64,000 nucleotides of DNA from Lama glama (Eukaryota), in contig CM052817.1 of assembly GCA_028534125.1 (NCBI GenBank), positions 90,212,001 through 90,276,000 on the forward strand, in the 5' to 3' direction. Numbering within the stretch: position 1 is the first letter of the stretch; each line of letters starts with the position of its first letter. A program made the translations under genes and the position numbers. Shown here piece by piece: positions 52,501-64,000 of this stretch. The notes below the pieces were generated by a model that did no database searches, was not told the origin of the DNA, and saw only the letters and a list, made by a program, of their open reading frames with translations.

Positions 52501-52720
52501 AAAAAATCAATATTTTTTTTCTTAAATTTTAGAAATAATTTAACAATAGGACAGTCTGGGCCTGGAATATTGTTCATAGGAAGGCCTTTAACTATGAATT
52601 TGATTTCTTTAATAGATAGATATAGAGCTAGTCTAGCCATCTATTGGTCTTTAACTGCACTTTCGTAGTTTGTCACTTTCAAGACCCTGCCTATTTCATG
52701 AAGATTACTGAATGTCTTGT
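49530..52720 (-). mobile_element. Composite of at least three older L1M fragments (ORF2 3' parts, ORF1/5' part, mid-ORF2)
   Basis: Two homologous ORF2 3' segments (49530-49830 and 50460-50660) in series, ORF1-type antisense sequence ~50670-51900, and ORF2 remnant (NPRGNGEILNSFP...VEVLPSAIRH) ~51950-52720. Confidence 0.8.
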
Positions 52721-52734
52721 CGTGAATTTTTTTC

Positions 52735-53010
52735 AGTAATGGAGGACTCCAAAGAGCTTTTGTTGTGAGAGTTATACCTATCTTACTGAATTAGAAACTA
52801 AAAATCATTATTTGAACACAAGAGCATACATAATACTATTCTATTGTCCAACAGGCAATGATGTTATCACACAATGTGTAATCTCTGAAAAATTCCACTC
52901 ATGAGAGAACGAGAAGTAAAAAGGCATATGATGTCTGAGAATTATTATGATTTCACAGACCCACTTAAAGGGTCTCAGGGACTTGCAGGGTTTGATAATT
53001 TGAGGGCTGT
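52735..53010. mobile_element. hAT-Charlie DNA transposon fossil
   Basis: gaggactccaaagagcttttgtt...ttagaaacta and tttcacagacccacttaaagggtctcaggga motifs. Confidence 0.6.
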
Positions 53011-56000
53011 TGGCATAATCCATCTTAGAAATTGTCATTATTATTCATTAAGTTGCTTACAAGAAACTTGGAAGAAATCCCGCCTCCATTTTTCTCCTTC
53101 AAAATCCATATCCAATTCATCAACAGTATACAGCAAAAATACAGGTATAAAAGTATTCAGTTGTTTTAGTTGGCTTTTAGTTCAGTGTGAGTTAAGTGTG
53201 ATATGACTCCCATATTCTGAACCTCCTACCACCATTATTTTTCCATCTAGCATAATTGCATTCACATATTATAAAAATTTCTCTTCTTTCCATCAATCCT
53301 TCTTCTCTTTTCTATAATTTTAGGAGGGAGTTTTCATCTTTAGAAAGGCTAACATGTGCTCCACACCTCTGCTCACTCCATCATGTTTTCCTCCCCTTCT
53401 AGTGCTTACACATTCTTCCTGCCTGAAATACTCAAGCGTTAGAACATGAGCAGGAACCACAGATCTCCTAAAGCTATTTGTGTCCTTGTGTCCACTTCAC
53501 TGGTTCCAAACCCACTTTCCAGTTCACTGTGTATCTAACTTATTTCAGACTATTGGACCAGCACCCACACTGGATCTGAGCTCTCATTCCATGGGGAGAG
53601 ATTGAGTTCTTGTTCTTCCTAGCATTCCATAATTGGTTTTCCTTAATTAATTTGTCACTTCAAATTCTTCAATTCTGGACTTCCTTAGAAGGAAGTCTCT
53701 GGCTTCATCCTCTGGTTCCTGCCTCTGAAAGTCAGCCTCTAACATGGACAATCAGGCCTTTGCCAAATTGTAGCCCTATGACTGAGAATGGGGGTCAGAC
53801 AACTTCACCTTCAGTTATGTTATTTGAATTACTCATCTTTTCCTCATTATTGCATATGCTTAAAAACCCCATAAAATTCTCATTCTTGCATCCCACTTTA
53901 TTCTGCTCTATATGATCGGACAAAAAATACTACTTACAAAAGAAATAATTTTTCTAAGTGGAATGTTTTAAAGGGAAGAACTTAACATTCTCTTCTAGAA
54001 TGGAATGTTGAGAGATAGCCAGCAAATTTTAAATACTATCAAAGGTCTGCCAGCAACATATGGTTTTGTTTAGAAACTGTGTTCATATTGAAATAGGATT
54101 CTGCACATCCTTTACACAACCAACTAAATTTTTCAAATACAGTTTTCTTAATTGTTTACTGAAACCAAATAACTTGTTTTGGCACAACACCAAGGATCCA
54201 TTAAATTGAAAGAATCTTACCAAAATGTCACAAGAAATGACTCAAAGTCAAAAAGTAAGTTAAAAAAATCACATTTTGAAAATAATATTTAAAGGTTCTT
54301 CCCATACTGTGAAAGTAGTTGGCAAACTTAGATATGCAGTATAAAAAGAAAAAAAATAACAATTTACAAAATATTTTACATGTTAAGAGATAAAGCCATT
54401 CCAGGTTATAGCAGGCATCCTATATAGCTATTAGAATAAAAAAAAGTAGTATCAGTATATTTCAAACTTAAGCAGAGCCACAGAGGAAAAAAGTTGTCAC
54501 CTGGATTCTTGGGTTCTTCAACTATTTTGCTCTGGGATGACTCGTATTTTAAGTGTTGTTATTAATAAAGCTATTCTGATAACATACAGGATTATTTTAT
54601 TGTAAGAATCTATCACACTTTGATACATGGAGCTAGATGGTCAGAATCTCTTCATTTTTCTTCATTTGACTGCTGTCCAGACTCCATTTATTTGCTCTCT
54701 CAACCACTCAGTGTTTTAATACCTTATTTTCTAGAATCTAGTATTGTATAAAATGAGAGTAATAACCTTTCTTTGCTAGAAGATTATAAAGAGTAACTTG
54801 AACATTTGTTATGCAAATCTTACAAGAAAGTGATTTTCATGTGGTAAGCATTAATGTTTATCAAATAAAACTTACATTCTTTTCATGAGTATTATTATTT
54901 ACAGACTTGTGGATAAAAACACAATATATGACTCCAATTTAAATCCCTGTAATCCATAATTTTAGTTAATGTATATTTCTAACACTTCACATTATTACAG
55001 GATGTATACAGGCAGCAGTTCTGAGGACCTGGGTTTACAGAAAACAAGAGCATCACATGGGAAGGCCAGGGTGACTTGTGTTTAGAACTATAACATCAGT
55101 TTATATCCAGTTGAGACCTACACAAATGAGTACAGGGTGCAAATTATTACAATGAAGTTCACATCATTAAGCTGACAAACTCCAAGAACTCTTATGTATT
55201 AGTTCAGATTTAAAAATAATTGTTTTCATTGTATCAGAACACCTCATTGTAACTCAAGTCTGGTATAAAATTAAATCTTGTTATATTGATCCTCTAGGTT
55301 AGTTTCTGCCTCCTCTGGACTGTCTATGAAAAAGTAGTTAAAAAAATCAAAATTAAGTTTGGTGGGAACAGAACATTTAAATGAATAATAGCTGGATTCC
55401 ACTGGTAAACTCTTCTTCTCAAAATAGTCTTACATTAAAAGCATACTTATGAAATAATGTAACTAGAATTATGAGAATTTTAAATGATTTAAAGCTATTC
55501 TTATGACAATTTAATCCATCATTTATAATACCAACAAAAACCACCCTAATACCAATGACCAGGGCTTCAGGTGTTTTCTTCCCAAAACACAGATTAGAGG
55601 TCATGGTTTTCAAATTCCTGATATTTCTCTCAACTTTTTAAAAATAATATTTTAAATTTTGAAGGCTCTTGCTATAAAAGCTAATGCATTTCCATATGTG
55701 GTTTGTAATAAATTTAGCAGCCAGAAGAGAGAGATACTGTTATTCCCTGTTTATAGATGTGGCTTAGTGGAATGAAATCACTTACCTAAGAGTAAACCCA
55801 TGAACTTCTAACATGGACCTTAACCAAGACAACACAGAGCATATTGGTTACTATGGAGCTTACATCCGATGAGAGTTTAGCAAGACTTTTAATATCAAAT
55901 CAGACTCATTTGTTTTCAAAAACTTGGACTGCTCAGCTTTGGAGGTTTATGTAGTTACACAGAATTTGTGGTATATTAAGTCATTCAGATAATACTAACA

Positions 56001-56309
56001 TAATGTAAGATGTTTGTAGAAAGAGGAATGAATGAACAAATAAGTGAGTAACAACATTATACTCAGTAGCAGTGACTATTTTTCTGAGTGATTATAAATT
56101 AGAAGGTTCTAAGTACAGTCTTAAAGAAAAATGCTGAGACAAAAAGCTTATTCCTTAAGATTAGAAAAGATTATAACTACTGTTAAAACTAATCAATTCC
56201 TAGGTATTTCACATATAAACTTTTCATATTTGGATGTCAGCATTTGATTAATCTAGTTTATAATTTGTGCATAGTACCAGTTATATGAAAGTAAAGACAA
56301 TTGTTTCTT

Positions 56310-58083
56310 TTTAAAAATTTTTTATTGAAGTATAGATGATTTACAATGTTGTGTTAGTTTCTGATGTAGAACATAGTGATTCAGTTACACATATATGTAT
56401 TCTTTTTCACTATAGTTTATTATAAGATATTGAACATAGTTCCCTGTTCTATACAGTATGTTCTTATTGTTTATCTATTTTATATATAGTAGTTTATGTT
56501 TGCTAATCCCAAACTCCTAATTAATTCCTCCCCCATTTCCCCTTTGATAACTAGAAGTTTGTTTCCTATGTCTGTGAGTCTGTTTCTGATTTGTAAATTA
56601 GTTCATTTGTATCATATTTTTAGATTCCACATATAACTGATATCATATGATATTTATCTTTCTCTTTCTGACTTACTTTATTTAGTATGATAATCTCTAG
56701 GTCCATCCATGTTGCTGCAAATGGCATTATTTCATTATTCTTTATGGCTGAGTATTATTCCACAGTATATATATAATATATAGATAAAACTTCTTTATCC
56801 AATTAATCTGTCAATGGACATTTAGGTTGTTTCCATGCCTTGGCTTTGTAAATAATGCTGCTGTGAACAATGAGGTATATGTGTCTTTTCGAGTCGGAGG
56901 TTTCTCCAAATAAATGCCTAGGAGTGTAATTGCTTGATCATATGATAAGTCTACTTTTAGATTTTTAAGGAATCTCCGTATTGTTTTTCATAGTGGCTGC
57001 ACCAAATTACATTTCCGCCAATAGTGCGGGAAGGTTCCCTTTCCTCCACACCCTCTCCAGCATTTATCGTTTGTGGATTTTTTAATGATAGCCATTCTGA
57101 CCAGTGTGAGGTGATAACTTCATTGTAGTTTTGATTTGCATTTCTCTGATAATTAGTGATATGGAGCATCTTTTCATGTGCCTTTTGGCCATGTGTATGT
57201 CTTCCTTGGAGAAATGTTTGTATATGTCTTATGCCCATTTTTGGTTTGGGCTGTTTGTTTTTTTGTTATTAAGTTGTGTGAACTGTTTATATATTCTGGA
57301 AATTAAGCCTCTGTAAGTTGCATCACTTGCAAATATTTTCTCCTATTCTGTAGGTTATCTTTTTTGTTTTGTTGATGGTTTCCTTTGCGGTGCAAAAGCT
57401 TAAAAGTTTAATTAGGTACCATCTGTTTATTTTTGCTTTTATTTCTGTTACCTTGGGAGACTGACCTAGGAAAACATTGCTGTAATTTATGTCAGATAAT
57501 GTTTTGCCTATATCCTCTTCTAGGAGATTTATGGTGTCCTGTCTTATGTTTAAGTCTTTAAGCCATTTTGAGTTTATTTTTGTGTATGGAATGAGAGAGT
57601 GTTCTAACGTCACTGATTAACATGCAGCTGCCAGCTTTCCCAACACCACTTATCAAAGAGTCTGTCTTTTCTCCATTGCATATTCTTGCCTCCTTTGTCA
57701 AAGATTAGTTGACTGTAGGTGTGTGGGTTTACTTCTAGGCTCTCTGTTCTGTTCCATTGATCCATATATCTGTTTATGTAACAATACCATGAGGTTTTGA
57801 TTACTGTAGCTCCATGTATTGTCTGAAGTCTGGGTGGTTTATGCCTCCAGCTTTGTTCTTTTTCTTCAGTATTGCTTGGGCAATTCTGGGTCTTTTGTGA
57901 TTCCATATAAATTTTACGATTGTTTGTTCTTAGTTCTGTGGTAAACATCCTGGATAATTTGATAAGTATTGCATTGAGTCTGTAAATTGCTTTGTGTAAT
58001 ATGGTCATTTTTACAATATTAATCTTTCCAATCCAAGAGCATAGGATATCTTTCCATTTTTAAAAATCATCTGTAATTTCCTC
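56310..58083 (-). mobile_element. 5'-truncated L1 (~1.8 kb; ORF2 C-terminus plus 3'UTR)
   Basis: ORF2 remnants MTILHKAIYRLNAILIK...MDQWNRTESLEVNPHTYSQLIFDKG and [18 protein letters not shown]; 16-bp TSD aagacaattgtttctt (56294-56309) / aagataattctttctt (58084-58099). Confidence 0.95.
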
Positions 58084-58572
58084 AAGATAATTCTTTCTTG
58101 AACAATTAAAGGTGTTATTCCTTCAAATAAGCTTCATTATGAAATCAGTAAATATAAAAATATAGTGTTTCATATGCATAATTAATGTATTTTAATGTGT
58201 ATATGATTATGTCATTATAGACAAAATAAACAGTTAAAATAATTTTTCAAACATTTTCTTTCAAACATAAATCCTGATACTCTGAAGAAAACTGGTTCTA
58301 GTTCATTAGTGAAATAAAGGATTATACAAATGTCTTTGTGTTTGTTTAGAAAGATATCTCAGGTTCTTCTAAGGATAATTTAAATTAACTCTGTTTTCAT
58401 AGTAAGTCTCAAGACTTCTCTATTAAAATTGATTTTTCTTTAAGTTTTTGGAAAAAAACACCTGATTTTCTTTTGAAATCAAAAAATTGATAAACACTTT
58501 TTAAACTCACTACATGGCACCTAGAAGTATGGCTATATACTGCTGTAATTTGTAGTCTATGTAAATTAGCAT

Positions 58573-58668
58573 GGAGGGGCTATAGTTTAGTGGTAAAGCA
58601 CATGCTTAACATGCATGAGGTTCTGGGTTCAATCCCCAATATCTCCATTTAAAAAAAACAAAAATAAA
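58573..58668 (+). mobile_element. tRNA-Ala-derived SINE, short form (tRNA body plus A tail)
   Basis: ggggctatagtttagtggtaaagcacatgcttaacatgcatgaggttctgggttcaatccccaatatctcca plus A tail; TSD aaattagcat (58563-58572) / aagttagcat (58669-58678). Confidence 0.88.
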
Positions 58669-59339
58669 AAGTTAGCATACTGGTGTCAGGGAGGAAAATG
58701 AAATTAAGTACAACACCTTACATTAATTGCCTCTGCCTCAGTTAAAACAACCTTCGTAAAAGTATAAAGTGAAGCCAGACACAAACACATGGTTTAAGGG
58801 CTCGAATACTGACAGAGCGGTCTGCACACAAAGCTGTGTGTGCACTCAGCAGTGTGGCTTTGGTAGATGCATGTGGTGGACCTGAAGTGGTGTTACTTAA
58901 TTCCAGACCAAACCCATATGTGCAGTCACTACCACTGCAGTGATTGTTTGACTTCTCCAAACAGTTAACAGTTACTTTTTATATTGCTTATAAAAATGGT
59001 CATTGAACATATTTAATCAGCCAGTCAGTCTCAAGGTTGACTGACAAAGATTGCAGAGAATTTATTTACCTTCAATCCATATTTCCGTACTCAAGATGTG
59101 GTCAGAATTTTAAAGAAGCTAGATAGCATGCAAACAGACATCATATAATTCCTCAGGGCCTACTTGTGGGAAATATGTCTAAATTCGAAGATGAAATTAC
59201 ACGTTCATAAATCACTCAGCGGCATTGTGGGAGCTTGCAAAGTTTTCCCTTTGAAAAGAGTTAGCTTGACCCACAAGACAAGAAGGTGACTATATCCTCA
59301 TTATGCTCAGGTGGGCAAAGTGAGGTGGTCAAAGCACCA

Positions 59340-59555
59340 ACCCTGTAGTGGGCAGCCTGGGTTCACAGACTGCTCAGCTGTGTGAACTGGGGTAGGGCTG
59401 GGGCCCTTCAACCCTCAGTGCCTCAGTTCCCTCACCTGCGATGCAGATTAAACTATTGCTTTTTCAAAGGGCTTGTTGTGAGGACTGAGTTGATAAAGTA
59501 TTTTGACTGGAAAGTAATATGCAGTAAACACTGTGTAAATGTGATCTGTTGTTAA
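59340..59555 (+). mobile_element. MIR SINE
   Basis: gcctgggttca...cagctgtgtgaactgggg...tgcctcagttccctcacctg...gttgtgaggactgagttgat. Confidence 0.75.
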
Positions 59556-59724
59556 ACAAACTGGTATCTTCCCTCATTTTAACTGCCTGGTAGCAGGCTG
59601 TGACTTGGGATAGACAGAAAGTAAGGGAATATTCTACGGAGGGTGCTCTGTGGGTATGAATGCAGTCCTCAGGGTAATGCTATGAGAAAAGGGCTGTAGT
59701 GATGTCTTTTACATGGCAAGTGGC

Positions 59725-60570
59725 CGCCTAGGCTTGAATTCCAGTTTGTCAATTAAAAGCAGTGTTGTTGCCGATAGATGCAAATGGTGTTCCAGGTTCT
59801 TGTCCCGTCCCAGAAAGAATTCAGAGACAAGACATAGTGGTTAAAAAAAGGTAAAGTGAGGATTTATTAAAGGATGGATAGTATACTCTCAGGGGGAGAG
59901 CAGGCAGGCTCAGGTGAGCGGCTGCCTTGAGTTTCTTTGGCAAGTTAGCTACATAGGGTGTAAAAATGAATGGGTGGAATATTCACTGGGGAGGGAAGGG
60001 TCTGGGGTCGTATTCCCTGATTATCATCCCAACTCCACCTTCCCAAAGGGAGGAGGGAGTTTTGTCCTTATTCAGTCTGGATGGGAAGTGTCTTGGCTTC
60101 AGTGCATGATGGGTACTTCTGATCTGCAAGGCTAATTTTATTGAAATGAGGGCATAATGAGCAAAAGGTTATATTCGGACACTGGAAATTCCTGCCTTTT
60201 CTCACCTTTCTTCGTTATTCTCCAGGCCACTTGTAACCCCCAAAAGGTTCCTGCTTTACTTCCTCTGCCCAGGGACCTCTGCCATTTACATGATGTGTGG
60301 TTTCCTGCATTTGGCCTGTGGCCCTCCTTTCTGCCCAATTCCTGCCATATGGCCTGGGTCCTCCTTTCTCTGCTCATATCTAGCTACCTGCCTGCTCTAA
60401 CAGTGTTACCTGGGGAAAAATATTTAACCACTTTGCGTCTCAGTTTCCCCTTCAGTAAAGTAAGAAAAATAACCTACCTCTCAAAATTTGGGGGAAGATT
60501 AAATGGATTACCACCTATAAAGGGCATAGGACATTCTCTGGCATGTAGTAAGCAGTCTATAAAGGCTAGC
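59725..60570 (+). mobile_element. MIR SINE split by an LTR (halves ~59725-59765 and ~60403-60570)
   Basis: cctaggcttgaattccag...agcagtgt joins gtgttacctgggg...ttaaccactttgcgtctcagtttcccc to rebuild the MIR core. Confidence 0.75.
59766..60402 (-). mobile_element. Young ERV1-class solo LTR (637 bp), probably lineage-specific
   Basis: TGTTG...TAACA termini, exact 4-bp TSD gtgt (59762-59765, 60403-60406), minus-strand AATAAA (tttatt ~59863), higher GC than flanks. Confidence 0.88.
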
Positions 60571-61527
60571 CGGTTTTATTCAGACAAAGAGAGTGTAAGG
60601 CAGAGTTGACTTGGAAGGCATTACGTGGGAAGGAGTAGGGAGAAGTAAGGAATTAATAATGGGATAAAATGATTAACAGTAACAATAAGTATCCTCAGAA
60701 AGGCAGAGATTAACTGATGGCAGAAAGATGGAGAAGATAAGGATGCTCGAGAGTATACATTTTTAAAATTTACTGGGAAATGGGCCTCATATTGATGAAC
60801 AAACTTGTAATTTTTTTTTCCTTTAACAAAGTATCCCTAGATTTCAAGTTTAAGACCTAGTTTAGATATTCTCCTAATTTTTATAAACTTATATTTTTGA
60901 GCGGGGCTTCACATTTTTACCACCACCCACACCATACAGTTACAAGTATTTCCAAAATGTTTTAATCCTTTGATATCTCGGAGACCTCTAATACTGGAGA
61001 GAATAATAAAGATCTAAGTCAGGCAACAGTAAGAGTGAGGCTCATCCCCAAATGAGCAGGCTAGCCTCCTCTTTACCTTCATAGCCACAGGACAGGAATG
61101 TTACCTCATTGCTGAAATGGGAGAGTGTCACAGAAATGGAGGTAGTTCAAATAAGACATAAAGCCCTACCTGGCTAGTTCCATTACCCACATACACTCAC
61201 ACAAACTAGAGTCTTCCTTCGTAGGGATTAACTAAATCAAATATTCAATTTCAATGTATTTTATCTTCTATTTTAGAAATTTCTTAACATTCTGAATACT
61301 TGGGGAGAAAAAGATAATGATCATTATTCCACAGGATAATTTAAAATGAAGTGCTCACCAAGACAACATCAAGGGTAATGATGTTGTCAGATGACCGTAG
61401 GCAAAAGCCTCCTGAAATATTTTTTATAGCCCAAAGAATACACCTGACATTTATTTAATACCTATCCCACAGATTCTTCATTATATTACTTATAATCACA
61501 TAATTAGGTAGTTAACTACTTTCATTT

Positions 61528-61860
61528 AGACCAGCAGCATTCAAATCATCTAGAAACTTGTTAGAAATGTAGGCTTTGGGGCTCCAACCCAGAGTTAATG
61601 AATTAGAATCTATAGTCTGATAAAGTCCACAGATGATTTTTATATATGTGTAAGTGTGAGGCACATTAATCTAGAACAATGTTTCTCAATATATGCTTCA
61701 TATCAGAATAATCTAAGATATATATATAAAAAATTGTAATGCCCAGAGTTTACCAGTAGAGATTTATTTAATTAGCCTTCAGTGGGATGCTGGCATCAGT
61801 ATTTTTTGTTTCTCCTATGATTCTGTTGAACATCTAGTGTTCATAACAACTGATCCAGAT
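61528..61860. mobile_element. Two adjacent hAT-Charlie MITEs (MER5A/MER5B-like)
   Basis: gaccagcagcatt..atcatctagaaacttgttagaaatg; atcagaataatct...aatgcccag...ggcatcagtatttttt. Confidence 0.7.
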
Positions 61861-64000
61861 AAGCAAATGGGTAATTTTGAAAAACTCAAAGCTCTGCTTA
61901 AAAATAAGTAAAATCTCTTTCCTCCAAAATTGAACTTATCACAATGTGATACTGACATCTAAATAAAATTGAGAAAGATCTCTTTTATTACAAACCAGAG
62001 CAAACCTCCTCGCCATTGAGGAAACAGGCTGGTATAGGAGGAAAGCTTTTATCCACGACGGAATCTTGATGAGGAACAACAAAGGGAGACAGTGGACAAA
62101 TAGGAAGGTGTATGGATAAAGCTGAGTTCTCATGACGATCAACAAAGTAGAGATAGAATCTGGAAATATCAAAGCATTCTAGAGAGAGAGCATGTAATTA
62201 CTCTAGTCTGGAATAAGACAAAATTCAAGCCAGATATAAGATCCAAAGGAAAAAATACCAAAAAGGGAAGGCAGTTGGTCAAAAAGGAAAAATAATCAGG
62301 AACCAAAATATTCACCAATGAGTCCTAGATTTTCTGGTTAATTTCTAGCCTTGACAATAAAATTTTTATTGGTTTATTTGAGGTATTTCATTTGTCTTCT
62401 AGTTTCTGCATATGCAAAGACCAATTCCAACTGTAACTTATCTCAGAACCCACAAACAGAGGAAGAAAGCAATTGCACAGATTTAGAGCAGAGAGAGTGG
62501 GGATGGGAACACCACGCTAAGTCATTCCATGTCATCTTCTATTTCATTGACTGACTGGAGCCTGGGTGTTCTCCCTTCTGAGTTTGTTAAATGCACGATG
62601 TTTCTCACTGTAACACTGGACATTATATATACATGGTGAGTAATGTACAAATGGTGAAAATTAATGTTACAGGTAAATATTGCCCATTTGGCTAGATGGA
62701 TGTAATTTTGTAAATTCTGGAAGGTTTCGGTAATCACTTGCAGATGTGCTAAAGGAGAGACATCTTCATTGTTACTGTTGATGCCTTTACTAAAACCTTT
62801 GTTAAATTTGCATTTAGTCACATATTTCCGAGGTGGTAATTAATAGTTTATAAAAATTCACAGTTAAATAATCCAATACAAGCTAAAGAATCCACATAAT
62901 TCAGAAATGAATTCCTAGCAAAGTAATAGGCAATGAAACTTTCATAGCCGCTCTTAAAAAGATAGTCAGAATTCCCTTTTTGTTTTGTTTCTATACCAAT
63001 AAGAATTTTTAACTTATAGGGACCACATATGTGAGAAAAGAAAGACTAGCCATGGAGAGAAGGTTTTTTTGGTAAATGAAAGACTGAAATATTTACAAAA
63101 TTACTGATTTAAAAAAAATGTTTGCAATGTTGCAGAATCTGTTCTTGCCATTAAAGATATTATTATCACAGGCTTTCCTAATAATTTTCATGTGGGGTCA
63201 AAATCATTGTTGATACAGGCCAACACTGTGTCTGCTCTTGCTCCAGGTAAAAATCTGCTAAAGTCAGGATTATAACATCTAAATATTAAGGACATTTCTG
63301 AAATATCAAAGACTTCTTAGATAATCCATTCTGAATGAGTCACTGAAAAAGATACTTTTCCCGGAAGCTGGTTCAATACTTAGTGGGAAGTAAATTAAAC
63401 TCAAAATCCCTATAAAGTTTGAAAATATTTTATCTTTTTCATCTATTTTAAGAATCACAATATTAACAGAAATAAAAATGTTTGAAAATTACCTCTGCAG
63501 TGTTTGGAATTCTTAACAAAACTCCTAAGCAGCCATAGGCAATTATAGTTAGACTTCTCATTGGAAATCTAATCCTACGTGATCATTTTACAGAATAGAG
63601 AACGTTTCATTTACAGGGTCCTTTTTAATCATAAAATACTGTCTGTTTCTGGAAAGTATGTGTGATTGTAAAAAAAAATGATATCATTTCTCATTTTGGT
63701 AAAACTTGGCTCTTCTCAACAATCAAATCTACAGTCTGTCTCTCATTTTGGATGAGGATAAAACCTTTTCTGCCCTGCCTTTCCCAATCTCTCCTTCCTT
63801 TTTCTGATCCTTTAAAGTTTTTAAGTGAAATTTACCTTTAAACTTACTACGCTTTTTGAGCCTCTCTTCTGGCATATTCATACTAAAGTATTTCTTCTTG
63901 TAAATTTCAAATTAATCCCACAAAGTTAACCCTTTCTTCACTTATGGCGAGCCAGAAATGAAATTAGTATTGGGGAAGCCTTCTTTTAGAGTAAGACAAG

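Noticed and set aside
56957..58008. ORFs with clear protein-like sequence (also 9977-10189, 11255-11452, 35171-35446)
   Set aside because: Broken L1 ORF2 fragments in 5'-truncated copies, not host genes
4595..58668. Three tRNA-Ala-like sequences as tRNA genes
   Set aside because: Mutated stems and boxes, A-rich tails and flanking TSDs identify them as retroposed SINEs
58797..58927. Formal H/ACA snoRNA call
   Set aside because: No ANANNA hinge or terminal ACA and no match to a snoRNA I recognise; kept only as a low-confidence finding

Overview
AT-rich, CpG-depleted mammalian genomic DNA, almost certainly camelid (alpaca/llama/camel), judged from three tRNA-Ala-derived Vic-1-type SINEs and no recognisable ruminant, suid or primate SINEs. 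I recognise no intact protein-coding gene, rRNA, genuine tRNA or CRISPR array; the window reads as intergenic or deep-intronic. Much of it is interspersed repeat: several L1s (young, 5'-truncated, minus-strand copies, two with clear TSDs), L2, MIR, HAL1, MaLR/ERVL/ERV1 solo LTRs and hAT MITE fossils. There is a 500-N assembly gap at 10334-10833. The least explained segment is ~43960-45260: GC-richer sequence I could not assign to a repeat family. On the minus strand it has a good splice acceptor, a Kozak ATG and a degenerate ~27-nt tandem array that translates into Asp-rich 9-residue repeats broken by frameshifts, possibly a decayed exon of an unidentified gene. Other leads are an NFI/CRE/E-box-dense enhancer candidate (~47.0-47.5 kb), a 290-codon ORF reading antisense through a MaLR LTR, a four-hairpin cluster (~58.8 kb) and well-resolved nested insertions. 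Repeat family names come from recalled consensus similarity, not from a database search, and boundaries of old elements are approximate. I do not see convincing evidence of a new biological system.
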